Shown one piece after another: positions 54,490 through 62,764 of a stretch of 64,000 nucleotides of DNA (positions are counted from its first letter, which is position 1; every line of letters begins with the position of its first letter). This DNA is from a candidate division TM6 bacterium GW2011_GWF2_37_49. Lineage in GTDB: Bacteria; Babelota; Babeliae; Babelales; RVW-14. The translations under genes and the position numbers were made by a program. Location: the NCBI GenBank assembly GCA_000989955.1, contig LBTE01000005.1:22405-86404 (forward strand), given 5' to 3'. A model generated the notes under the pieces. That model did not search any database. It had not been told where the DNA came from and saw nothing but the letters and a program-made list of their open reading frames with translations.

Positions 54490-55572
54490 ATGTTTCTAGG
54501 ATTGGTTACGACTTTTAGGCTTACAAAAATTCAGTTGAGTTCACTTTTAATAACAATTATTTATTTAACCGGATTAACCTTTTTGCAAGATCGGCGTTTT
54601 ATTGCAGAAGATAAAGCTCCAAAGATTTACGCTGTTGACGAAAAAGTGAAGAGACTTGCTTCTGTGGTTCACGTTGGCATTCATGTAAACAGTTTTCCTG
54701 TTTTTTCATTCGATCAAGGCATTTTTACGATTGATGCGACGGTTTGGTTTAGATATCCTTCCGCAACAGAGGCTCTTGATTCTTTGGATCAGTTTACGTT
54801 GTATAACTCACTGATTCAACAAAACGGCAAATTATTGTATCGATCAGATCCAATAATAAAATTGATCGACGATGAAGTTTTAGTCTGCTACCACATACAA
54901 ACGACTTTTAAATTGACGGTTAACCACAAATACTTCCCAATCGGTGATCATACCCTTCATCTTCTTTTACAAAACAAAAGTGCAACGGCTCGGGAATTGT
55001 GTTTTGTTTCAGATCCGCAAAGCTTTTCGCTGTCCACAAATGTTTCGATTCATGAGTGGAAATTAAAGGATACACAAGTAAAAACTGGGTACGTACAATC
55101 CAATCTTCATATCGAAGACCCTGCTGCCCAAATATCTTATCCTGCTGCACTTTTTTCTATCGATTTTGAAAATGTAGGCTTTCGGTATGCTGGTGCGCTT
55201 TACCTGCCGATGCTAATAATTTTTTTGATAGGGCTGTTATCTTTGCTGCTTGGGATAGATGATCCAAGTAGGCTTTCTTTGATAACAGGTGCTGTGCCGT
55301 CGCTGGTGTTGTTCAGACTGGTGATCAATGCAGCGTCTCCGGTTGTTGGTTATGCTATGCACGTGGATCTTATTTTTTACATGTTTGTTATTTTACTGTT
55401 AATTGTACTGTTGTTTCAGGTTTATGTTGTTCTTACGATTAATCGAACAAAAGTTCTTGCCAAAGAGCTTTATAGCGCAGTGGTTGAAAAGCTTCAGTTG
55501 ACAAGCGATTTAGTCTTTTCATCGGTACTTTTTATGATGATGATTTTAGTTACTTACTCTTTTTATTTTTAG
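54490..55572 (+). CDS. pentameric ligand-gated ion channel (GLIC/ELIC, Cys-loop-family)-like membrane protein
   Basis: Starts 16 nt after the PBP stop, with a GGAG SD. The beta-rich ectodomain has VVHVGIHVNSFPVFSFDQGIFTIDATVWFRY and YFPIGDHTLHLLL (FPFD-like loop). Then come M1-M3 (YLPMLIIFLIGLLSLLL / SRLSLITGAVPSLVLFRLV...SPVVGYAMHVDLIFY) and an M4 helix. Confidence 0.6.
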   Translation: MFLGLVTTFRLTKIQLSSLLITIIYLTGLTFLQDRRFIAEDKAPKIYAVDEKVKRLASVVHVGIHVNSFPVFSFDQGIFTIDATVWFRYPSATEALDSLDQFTLYNSLIQQNGKLLYRSDPIIKLIDDEVLVCYHIQTTFKLTVNHKYFPIGDHTLHLLLQNKSATARELCFVSDPQSFSLSTNVSIHEWKLKDTQVKTGYVQSNLHIEDPAAQISYPAALFSIDFENVGFRYAGALYLPMLIIFLIGLLSLLLGIDDPSRLSLITGAVPSLVLFRLVINAASPVVGYAMHVDLIFYMFVILLLIVLLFQVYVVLTINRTKVLAKELYSAVVEKLQLTSDLVFSSVLFMMMILVTYSFYF

Positions 55573-55661
55573 AGTGTGGTCTTAAAAAAAACCTGAGTTC
55601 GGGAATTAAAAAATTTTGAAAAAGACTTCCCTTAAAGGTAATCCAAACATTGCTCCATTCC

Positions 55662-55876
55662 AAAACATGCATATGCAGATTGATACATCGACTATGGCTT
55701 CTCGCATGCGGCTATTCATCAGAGCTACGAAGAAAATGATAATTTTTTAGACCCCGCCAGCAACATGCGATTGGATGTGGCTTGCCGAATTAAAATTTTC
55801 AAAATAAGTAAAAATGCCCACGATATTTACAGCTAGCTTCCAATCGTAGATTTACAACCAAACGCAAAAAGCTTTA
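55662..55876 (-). repeat. dispersed intergenic repeat family, copy R4 (long form, near-twin of R3)
   Basis: About 93% identical to 40668-40882 over 215 bp without gaps (manual count). It includes a dead copy of the MYQSAYACF.. start of the dciA-like ORF, which stops after 18 codons here. Confidence 0.9.
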
Positions 55877-56030
55877 TTTTAGGTACTTTAACAACTTGGA
55901 ATGGTATAATACTACCAGTTATTGCGAAAAATTTTTAGCGGAAGTTGCTGTGGTTTGGCAATATCGACTGAATGGGCTAAACAGATAGGTTTACAAAGGC
56001 CATTCAGAGAGGCCCTTGTAAACCATAAAA

Positions 56031-56603
56031 TTACATTCTTGGCAGAGTGATGCCACGTTGTTTCATATATTTACCACCACGATCGGCGTAAGAAACTTCG
56101 CACTGCTGGTCAGCTTGCAGAAAAATAACCTGGGCAATGCCCTCATTAGAATATATTTTTGCTGGCAGTGGAGTTGTGTTTGAAATTTCGATAGTCACAT
56201 GCCCCTCCCACTCGGGTTCAAATGGCGTAACGTTGACAATGATACCACAGCGAGCATAAGTCGACTTGCCCAAGCAAATCGTCAAAACATCACGTGGAAT
56301 TCTAAAATATTCAACACTTCTAGCCAGTGCAAAAGAATTTGGTGGAATAACGCAAACATCCGATTTAATCGCAACAAACGAGTTGTCTGTAAAGTTTTTA
56401 GGATCAATAATTGAATTAAAAACGTTTGTAAAAACCTTGTATTCATCTGCTACGCGAATATCGTAACCGTAGCTTGAAAGGCCAAAGCTTACTATTTTTG
56501 ACGATATTTCATCAATTTTGCGAACTTGACGGTCAGTAAAAGGTTCTATCATTCCTGTGGTTTGTGACATTAATCGAATCCAGCTATCGGCCTTGATACT
56601 CAT
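56031..56603 (-). CDS. dcd: dCTP deaminase
   Basis: 190 aa. ..MIEPF....[11 protein letters not shown]..., ..[18 protein letters not shown].., ..[24 protein letters not shown] fit the Dcd/dUTPase-fold pattern. Confidence 0.88.
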   Translation of the reverse strand: MSIKADSWIRLMSQTTGMIEPFTDRQVRKIDEISSKIVSFGLSSYGYDIRVADEYKVFTNVFNSIIDPKNFTDNSFVAIKSDVCVIPPNSFALARSVEYFRIPRDVLTICLGKSTYARCGIIVNVTPFEPEWEGHVTIEISNTTPLPAKIYSNEGIAQVIFLQADQQCEVSYADRGGKYMKQRGITLPRM

Positions 56604-57406
56604 GATACCTTTCTTTCTAGATAATCAGATTTAATCAACGTTCTCCAGCTTACTGGAAAAAATTTTGTTAACATGCATGAAACAATGTTTGCATACTTGC
56701 GTATTTCAAGCTGCGCAGAGCTATCAAGTCTTAAATTTACCAATCGAGCATATCCAGCAAGGCTTGCGGTTTCGATGAACTCTGTGTACATAGATTGAGG
56801 CAATATCATTCTTGCCTGCTCCGGACAAACTCCATCTTCAAGCAAAGAATTGTAATATTCCAAAGCCTTCTTGCAATAATCATTCATCAATTTTATTTGT
56901 TCATCGCTGTTATCGACAACTTCAGAACTTGAACCCTGTTTAACATTCTCATCTTTTTTTCTGAGTTCACGAGGAACAAAAAACTCTGGTTCATACGTAA
57001 CGTAACGTCGAGAAACTTCATTGCGCGCAAATCCGATTGTATGCCTATACCATTCTCTTATAACAAAAATTGGCATTTTAATTCTAAAACGAATTTGTGG
57101 ATGAAAAAATGGCGTAACATGATCGTTTTCTGCAAGGTATTGTATTAATTTTTCATCTCTTGTCGAAAGCTTATATCCTATAATTTTTGCCCCATCCCCA
57201 TAACCTATTTTGACCGGCTCAAATTCAGATTCTTTGTTAAAAGATACTCTGGCAGCGTTGGCAATGGTTAAATCGCTACCAAAGACTTCCAAAATTTCGA
57301 CAAATCCAACGTTATCGTCTAGCATTTTTTTGTCAGGAATAAACTTATTCAATTTTTTAGGCTGTAAGCCTGGTACTATTTTGTTTAACATTAGTAATCC
57401 TTTCAT
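56600..57406 (-). CDS. thyX: FAD-dependent thymidylate synthase
   Basis: ThyX motif [16 protein letters not shown] (RH..S.NE.S.RY). Its stop overlaps the dcd start by 4 nt (ATGA). The start may be a downstream ATG (MLNKIV..). Confidence 0.9.
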   Translation of the reverse strand: MKGLLMLNKIVPGLQPKKLNKFIPDKKMLDDNVGFVEILEVFGSDLTIANAARVSFNKESEFEPVKIGYGDGAKIIGYKLSTRDEKLIQYLAENDHVTPFFHPQIRFRIKMPIFVIREWYRHTIGFARNEVSRRYVTYEPEFFVPRELRKKDENVKQGSSSEVVDNSDEQIKLMNDYCKKALEYYNSLLEDGVCPEQARMILPQSMYTEFIETASLAGYARLVNLRLDSSAQLEIRKYANIVSCMLTKFFPVSWRTLIKSDYLERKVS

Positions 57407-57602
57407 TAAACATAATTCACTATTTTAACTCTTCGATAATTTTAACCATTGTTTTAAAATTATAAAAGTTATGGTTGAATATTTATGCTTTGTGCCGTGT
57501 ACTACAATAAATTTTGCATCATTACAAAAATTATTAACCTGATAAAATAAATGTTAAGGTATGTACCTGAATAACCATCATAACTTAAATGCGGAGAATG
57601 TT

Positions 57603-58985
57603 ATGCGAATAAAAATCAGTCAAATAACAACCAGCGACATAGGAAAAGAATTAACGGTAAAGGGCTGGATTAAGACTTCAAGATTTTCAAAAAATTTTGG
57701 ATTTGTTGAAATTAACGATGGCTCGCAGTTTAACAATTTTCAAGTCATTGTTTCCGAAGATTTAAAAAATTTTGAAGATGCGTCAAAATTAGCCACCACT
57801 GGCGCATCTGTTAGCGTTTCCGGCAAGCTTGTTGCAAGTCCAGGCAAAGGTCAAGCGTTTGAAATGCAGGCAAAAACTTTTGACATCATCGGACTGTGCG
57901 ATCCAGAAACTTATCCGCTGCAGAAGAAAAAACACACGCTTGAATTTTTAAGAACGATTGCACACCTTCGTCCAAGAACAAACACAATCGGTGCGATTGC
58001 AAGAGTAAGAAACGCTCTGGCATGGGCCACGCACGAATTTTTTCAAAAGCGTGGATTTATCTACGTTAATACACCAATCATCACCGGCTCTGATTGCGAA
58101 GGCGCTGGCGAAATGTTCAGAGTATCCACACTTGACGCAAAAAATCCGCCATTGATCGATGGAAAAGTTGATTTTTCGCAAGATTATTTTGGCAAAGAAA
58201 CATTTTTAACCGTTTCAGGACAATTAAACGGAGAATGCTACGCGCTTGCACTTTCCGACATTTATACGTTTGGCCCAACGTTTCGTGGCGAAAACTCTAA
58301 CACATCACGACACTTGTCTGAGTTTTGGATGATTGAACCAGAAATGGCATTTGCGGAGCTAAGCGACGACATGGAATGCGCTCAAAGCTATCTCAAACAC
58401 TGCGTCAAAACAGCACTTGAAAAATGTCCGCAGGATATGGAATTTTTTGATAAATTTGTAGAACCAGGGCTGATTAAACGGCTGCAACACGTTATTGAAT
58501 CACCTTTCGAGCATCTAACATACACGCACGCGATAGATATTCTAAAAAAGGCTCCAAAAAAGTTTGATTATCCGGTCAGCTGGGGAATAGATTTGCAATC
58601 AGAGCATGAAAAATACATTGTCGAAGAGCACTGCAAGAAGCCGGTAATTTTGACCAATTATCCAAAAGAAATTAAGGCGTTTTACATGAAGGAGGATGCC
58701 GACGGCAAAACCGTTGCAGCAATGGATACATTGGTGGCCGGAGTTGGTGAAATACTCGGCGGAAGCCAACGTGAAGACAATCTTGACCTATTAACAAAAA
58801 AAATGGACCATCTCGGGTTAAACAAAGAAAATTATTGGTGGTACCTTGAGCTTCGCAAATACGGATCAGTGCCTCACGCTGGGTTTGGCCTTGGATTCGA
58901 GCGCTTGGTCGTATTTACGACCGGCATCGACAACATTCGAGATGCGATTCCATTCCCAAGATATCCAAAACACGCAGATTTTTAG
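57603..58985 (+). CDS. asnS: asparaginyl-tRNA synthetase
   Basis: ATG at 57603 follows GGAGA. OB-fold N-terminus (LTVKGWIKTSR). Class II motifs FGPTFRGENSNTSRHLSEFWMIEPE and GFGLGFERL. Ends with TAG followed by TAG. Confidence 0.93.
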   Translation: MRIKISQITTSDIGKELTVKGWIKTSRFSKNFGFVEINDGSQFNNFQVIVSEDLKNFEDASKLATTGASVSVSGKLVASPGKGQAFEMQAKTFDIIGLCDPETYPLQKKKHTLEFLRTIAHLRPRTNTIGAIARVRNALAWATHEFFQKRGFIYVNTPIITGSDCEGAGEMFRVSTLDAKNPPLIDGKVDFSQDYFGKETFLTVSGQLNGECYALALSDIYTFGPTFRGENSNTSRHLSEFWMIEPEMAFAELSDDMECAQSYLKHCVKTALEKCPQDMEFFDKFVEPGLIKRLQHVIESPFEHLTYTHAIDILKKAPKKFDYPVSWGIDLQSEHEKYIVEEHCKKPVILTNYPKEIKAFYMKEDADGKTVAAMDTLVAGVGEILGGSQREDNLDLLTKKMDHLGLNKENYWWYLELRKYGSVPHAGFGLGFERLVVFTTGIDNIRDAIPFPRYPKHADF

Positions 58986-59180
58986 TAGATAAAAATGGGG
59001 TAGATTGCATAACCTGCCCCAAAATGTTTTTAAAACACTTCATACAGCCAAACCCATCACAATTACGGCCATGCGCCGCATAAAAAGCAAGCGTATGTAA
59101 ATTAAATTACATAAATCCATATTTACTTTGAACAATCTTTGGTCAACAACATCTATGATAACTTAAATATGCAACAAGAA

Positions 59181-59341
59181 TCAAAACCCTCTCTATTAGG
59201 AGCATACATCAACCCCAAACATCCAAAACCACTACCCAATCAACCATGACAGCAAACCAACAAATTTTTAAGTGCGGCCTGCAAGCGCTGATCAGTAGCC
59301 AATTTACAAATAGCTTTTTTCAAAACTGCAAAAACTGCCAT
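59181..59341 (-). repeat. dispersed intergenic repeat family, copy R5 (reverse)
   Basis: The reverse complement reads ATGGCAGTTTTTGCAGTTTTGAAAAAA..CTGATCAGCGCTTGCAGGCCGCACTTAAAAATTTGTTGGTTTGCTG..GGGGTTGATGTATGCTCC..GGGTTTTGA. A degenerate extra 3' half may lie at 59041-59110. Confidence 0.75.
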
Positions 59342-59490
59342 TGCTTTTGAAACAGTCGATACTGACGACGTCTTTATACACACACATGCGACAACGCTCG
59401 ATTGGATCTCGCATTCAGAATCATTGTCAATATTTCAAATTGAAACAAGCTACTTAAATTTTAGCACCAAAATATCCGTCGATATTTTTA

Positions 59491-59519
59491 TTGATTAGTC
59501 CAATAAATACTATTATAAT
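59491..59519 (+). promoter_or_regulatory. candidate sigma70-type promoter for rplS
   Basis: TTGATT (59491-59496), a 17-nt spacer, then TATAAT (59514-59519), about 100 nt upstream of the rplS ATG. Confidence 0.55.
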
Positions 59520-59621
59520 AGTTGCAAGTTTGTGTTTGTGTGTTCATAAAGTCGATTTAAAATAAACTTATGCTTTTTTATGGTTCGAACAATTTATTCG
59601 ATATTTGGTTCAAGGAAAAAA

Positions 59622-60032
59622 ATGAAAACGACGCGTTTAACTAAAGAAACAATTTTGGACTTAGCCGTAGTAGACAGAAATTTCCCCGACTTTAGAGTTG
59701 GAGATACTCTTAACATCGCTCAAAAAGTAAAAGAGGGTGCCAAAGAGAGAATTCAATATTTTGAAGGTGATGTCATCGACATTCACAACAAAGGTGCAGC
59801 AACAACGTTTACAGTTCGCAGAATTGGTGCAAATGGCGTTGGCGTTGAAAAAATATTCCCTTATTATTCTGAAAACATAGCAGACATGAAGTTGGTTAGA
59901 AGAGGTAGAGTCCGCAGAGCCAAATTAACCTATCTAAGAGCAAGACTTGGCAAAGAGGCAAGAGTACAAGAAATTGTCATCTCCAAGGCCGCTGCTGCAA
60001 AAGCATCTAAAAAGGCTGAAGCTGCTGAATAA
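59622..60032 (+). CDS. rplS: 50S ribosomal protein L19 with Ala/Lys-rich C-terminal extension
   Basis: FRVGDTLNIAQKVKEGAKERIQYFEGDVI...FTVRRI..GVGVEKIFP..S..I....LVRRGRVRRAKLTYLR. The likely start is the ATG at 59622. The tail is ISKAAAAKASKKAEAAE. Confidence 0.93.
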   Translation: MKTTRLTKETILDLAVVDRNFPDFRVGDTLNIAQKVKEGAKERIQYFEGDVIDIHNKGAATTFTVRRIGANGVGVEKIFPYYSENIADMKLVRRGRVRRAKLTYLRARLGKEARVQEIVISKAAAAKASKKAEAAE

Positions 60033-60061
60033 CATGATTTGCTAAAATAAGATTTAAATTT

Positions 60062-60095
60062 AAGGACAGTGTAAAAAGCTGTCCTTAAATTTTTG
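60062..60095 (+). terminator. hairpin/terminator after rplS
   Basis: AAGGACAG-TGTAAAAAG-CTGTCCTT followed by AAATTTTT, 30 nt after the rplS stop. Confidence 0.55.
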
Positions 60096-60104
60096 GATAA
60101 AAAT

Positions 60105-60653
60105 ATGAAAACAACCCTCTTATTAATTATATCAATTTTAACTATTTCGTTGACCGGATGCTCCAAACAAAATAAGCCAACTGCGCCAAGCCTCGCAATA
60201 CAAAGCACAATTGAACAAACAATTGAGGCTACGGAAACAGTACCAAGCGAAGAGCTCCAACCAAAGGTTAAAAATAAGGATCTGATAACACAAGCCAAAC
60301 AACAAATTTTGGCCGTACCGGTTGGATATAAACTTAAAGGATATGCCGAATCTAATAATACCACGAAGCATTCCGAGCACTTTATTTACGAAGGAAGCCT
60401 GAACATGGCACAGGTTATTAAGTTTTATCAAAAAGAACTAGAATTGAACGGATGGATCTACGAAAATATATCGACCAAAAAAGAAGGGCTTCTTGTTGCA
60501 GATAAATTTTCAAAGAAATGTGTAATTTCGGTTCGCCAAATTAAGGCAAACACCACAACTATTCACGTTTTTATCAAAGATAAACAAGCCAGTACCAATT
60601 CAAATAATTTTGTAAATTTGAATTGCATCAACAAGAACACACAACCATGGTAA
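60105..60653 (+). CDS. hypothetical lipoprotein
   Basis: ATG at 60105. MKTTLLLIISILTISLTGC is a signal peptide plus lipobox LTGC. No domain recognised. Confidence 0.65.
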   Translation: MKTTLLLIISILTISLTGCSKQNKPTAPSLAIQSTIEQTIEATETVPSEELQPKVKNKDLITQAKQQILAVPVGYKLKGYAESNNTTKHSEHFIYEGSLNMAQVIKFYQKELELNGWIYENISTKKEGLLVADKFSKKCVISVRQIKANTTTIHVFIKDKQASTNSNNFVNLNCINKNTQPW

Positions 60654-60748
60654 TCGTGTTTAAAACCATTATTTTTTTCATTTTAATAATTGTGGTATCA
60701 ACTGCTATATTCCTATCTTTGAAAAAAATATTACGTTTTTTTGTCTAG
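60647..60748 (+). CDS. possible 33-aa single-TM micropeptide, start overlapping the lipoprotein stop (ATGGTAA)
   Basis: MVIVFKTIIFFILIIVVSTAIFLSLKKILRFFV followed by TAG. This is a hydrophobic core plus a basic tail. It is below the ORF-track length cut-off, and there is no independent SD. Confidence 0.25.
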   Translation: MVIVFKTIIFFILIIVVSTAIFLSLKKILRFFV

Positions 60749-60814
60749 CCACTTTTTAGTACAATCACCCAAACGTTTCAATGCCAGATAATTTTATAAA
60801 TTATGTGAATTATT

Positions 60815-60851
60815 TCGAGTAATAATATATATATTATTACTCGATTTTTTT
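60815..60851 (+). terminator. perfect 30-bp AT-rich palindrome plus T-run (terminator)
   Basis: TCGAGTAATAATATA/TATATTATTACTCGA is a perfect 15-bp stem followed by TTTTTTT. Confidence 0.6.
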
Positions 60852-60976
60852 GTGACGTAAAATTATCTAACCAACATGCTAAATCTATATTTATAAATAT
60901 ATTTTTTTGTCAGATTTATTCACAGCCAGTTGATATTTTGATTTTATTATTAAACCCAAAGTTAAAGGAGCTAGCA

Positions 60977-62479
60977 ATGATACACCATTTCAGGACAGAG
61001 ATTAAATTTATAAATATATTATTCTTCAATGTAATTTTACTTAATTCTTTTTTGCATTCACAAACACAATCATCGATTAAGGAAAAAAATAACGACGTTC
61101 GCAACAAGATAGAAATTGCGCTTGTAATGCATGAAAATGAAGATTTTGATTTTGATAACGTCAATTATTATGATTACGACCATTGTTGCAGCAATGATGA
61201 ATATTGTTTTATTGATCACATCGCTTCAGTGAACCACGTCGGTCCAATCGGTCCTATCGGAGAGATTGGTCCTGTCGGCCCTGCCGGTGCTGACGGTAAA
61301 GATGGAGATGTCGGCCCAATCGGCCCCGTAGGCCCTGCCGGAGAGACTGGACCTGTTGCCGGTGCTGACGGTAAAGATGGAGATGTCGGCCCAATCGGCC
61401 CCGTAGGCCCTGCCGGAGAGACTGGACCTGTCGGCCCTGCCGGAGAGACTGGTCCTGTCGGCCCTGCCGGTGCTGATGGCAAAGAAGGTGCTGATGGCAA
61501 AGACGGAGATGTCGGCCCAATCGGCCCAGTAGGTCCTGCCGGAGAGACTGGACCTGTCGGCCCTGCCGGTGCTGACGGTAAAGATGGTGTCGATGGTAAA
61601 GATGGTAAAGATGGTGCTGACGGTAAAGATGGAGATGTCGGCCCAATCGGACCCGTAGGTCCTGCCGGAGAGACTGGCCCTGTCGGCCCTGCCGGTGCTG
61701 ATGGTAAAGATGGTGCTGACGGCAAAGACGGAGATGTCGGCCCAATCGGCCCCGTAGGCCCTGCCGGAGAGACTGGTCCTGTCGGCCCTGCCGGTGCTGA
61801 TGGTAAAGATGGCACTGATGGTAAAGATGGTGCTGACGGTAAAGACGGAGATGTCGGCCCAATCGGCCCCGTAGGTCCTGCCGGAGAGACTGGCCCTGTC
61901 GGCCCTGCCGGTGCTGACGGTAAAGAAGGTGCTGACGGCAAAGACGGAGATGTCGGCCCAATCGGCCCAGTAGGTCCTGCCGGAGAGACTGGACCTGTCG
62001 GCCCTGCCGGTGCTGATGGCAAAGATGGTGCTGATGGAGTCTCAGGAACACTTGCTTATGGCTTCTTTTACACATTTACACCTCAAGACAAAATCGCGGC
62101 CGGAGAACCTATTCCATTTATATTGGATGGGCCAAAGAATGGAATTAATCGCTTAAATGGCACAAGTTTAACTGATTTTGTTTTGGCCAATATCGGAATT
62201 TACGAAATAGTTTGGCAGGCGAATATTTCAGAGCCAGCACAACTTGAATTGATGCTTGACAGTGGATCAGGAGCTGTTGAGCTACCAGAAAGTGTAGTTG
62301 GTCGAAAAAACGGAAATAATCAGGTGTTTGGACATGTTCTAATTCAAACAACTACAACAAACTCAATTTTAAGCTTGCATGATTGTCCAGGCAATAATCC
62401 AGACATTGAATTTACCCCCTCGCTCGGCAATTTAACGCATGAATACAGCATAACAATTTTAATAAAACAAATTGCATGA
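60977..62479 (+). CDS. collagen-like triple-helix-repeat protein with BclA/C1q-like C-terminal globular domain
   Basis: ATG at 60977 follows AAGGAG. Hydrophobic N-terminus. About 265 aa of G-X-Y repeats (GPIGPVGPAGETGPVGPAGADGKDG..). The ~145-aa C-terminal domain (..LAYGFFYTF...IPF...G.Y.I.W......L.L......HVLIQTT...ITILIKQIA) resembles the BclA C-terminal jelly-roll in pattern. Confidence 0.85.
   Translation: MIHHFRTEIKFINILFFNVILLNSFLHSQTQSSIKEKNNDVRNKIEIALVMHENEDFDFDNVNYYDYDHCCSNDEYCFIDHIASVNHVGPIGPIGEIGPVGPAGADGKDGDVGPIGPVGPAGETGPVAGADGKDGDVGPIGPVGPAGETGPVGPAGETGPVGPAGADGKEGADGKDGDVGPIGPVGPAGETGPVGPAGADGKDGVDGKDGKDGADGKDGDVGPIGPVGPAGETGPVGPAGADGKDGADGKDGDVGPIGPVGPAGETGPVGPAGADGKDGTDGKDGADGKDGDVGPIGPVGPAGETGPVGPAGADGKEGADGKDGDVGPIGPVGPAGETGPVGPAGADGKDGADGVSGTLAYGFFYTFTPQDKIAAGEPIPFILDGPKNGINRLNGTSLTDFVLANIGIYEIVWQANISEPAQLELMLDSGSGAVELPESVVGRKNGNNQVFGHVLIQTTTTNSILSLHDCPGNNPDIEFTPSLGNLTHEYSITILIKQIA
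61241..62037 (+). repeat. in-frame tandem repeat array (collagen G-X-Y; ~81-bp higher-order unit with variable GADGKD/GKEGAD inserts)
   Basis: Reiterated GATGTCGGCCCAATCGGCCC(C/A)GTAGG(C/T)CCTGCCGGAGAGACTGG(A/T/C)CCTGTCGGCCCTGCCGGTGCTGA(C/T)GG(T/C)AAAGA(T/A)GG. A single register break (GPV-A-GAD) lies at 61358-61360. Confidence 0.92.
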
Positions 62480-62488
62480 TTTATAACC

Positions 62489-62539
62489 TGTACGAAGAGG
62501 TAAGTTATTATTTATAATAAACGCTTATTTCTTCGTACA
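62489..62539. terminator. long imperfect hairpin between convergent genes (bidirectional terminator candidate)
   Basis: TGTACGAAGA ... TCTTCGTACA forms a 10-bp outer stem, with an inner TTATTAT/ATAATAA stem. The right arm overlaps the last codons of the 62525 ORF. Confidence 0.45.
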
Positions 62540-62722
62540 ATCAACAAGCCAGTTCTTTATTTTTTTGATCAGATGCTTGCCGCCGATGACATACAAACCA
62601 AACATGATTATTAAAATGCCAGGCAAAATTGGCAAAAAAAGCCCAGCTATGCCTATCAAAATACAAAAACTACCGACAAAAAGACTCAGTCCATTTTCCA
62701 AATTTTTTAACAGTTCATTCAT
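62525..62722 (-). CDS. small membrane protein (two TM helices; PGPGW/YbaN-like)
   Basis: 65 aa. ..LFVGSFCILIGIAGLFLPILPGILIIMFGLYVIGG.. Confidence 0.45.
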   Translation of the reverse strand: MNELLKNLENGLSLFVGSFCILIGIAGLFLPILPGILIIMFGLYVIGGKHLIKKIKNWLVDCTKK

Positions 62723-62764
62723 GAAAATTCTCCTTTTTCACCATATAATCAAACGTATGATTGC

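Noticed and set aside
55988..56024. The hairpin GGTTTACAAAGGCC-ATTCAGAGA-GGCCCTTGTAAACC just downstream of dcd as an intrinsic terminator
   Set aside because: The stem is good (one mismatch), but neither strand has a following T-run. I left it out of the feature list as unproven.
59580..59621. The upstream extension of rplS (MVRTIYSIFGSRKK) containing GGTTCGAAC, which looks like a tRNA T-arm
   Set aside because: No acceptor or anticodon stems can be drawn around it. L19 alignments begin near MKTTRL.., and the TTGATT-17-TATAAT promoter fits the downstream ATG at 59622.
61241..62037. A regular repeat array that might be mistaken for a CRISPR locus
   Set aside because: The repeats are contiguous with no unique spacers. 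They are in-frame Gly-X-Y coding sequence inside a long ORF, and no cas genes are present.
61216..62075. Long antisense ORFs (268 and 273 aa: PSAPAGPTGPVSPAGPTGP.. and ..HQHRQGRQ..) opposite the collagen-like gene
   Set aside because: They are mirror-image products of the G-X-Y codon repeat. The GC-rich periodic sequence stays open in several frames. They have no start context or SD, and the sense strand has the SD, signal sequence and a globular C-terminal domain.
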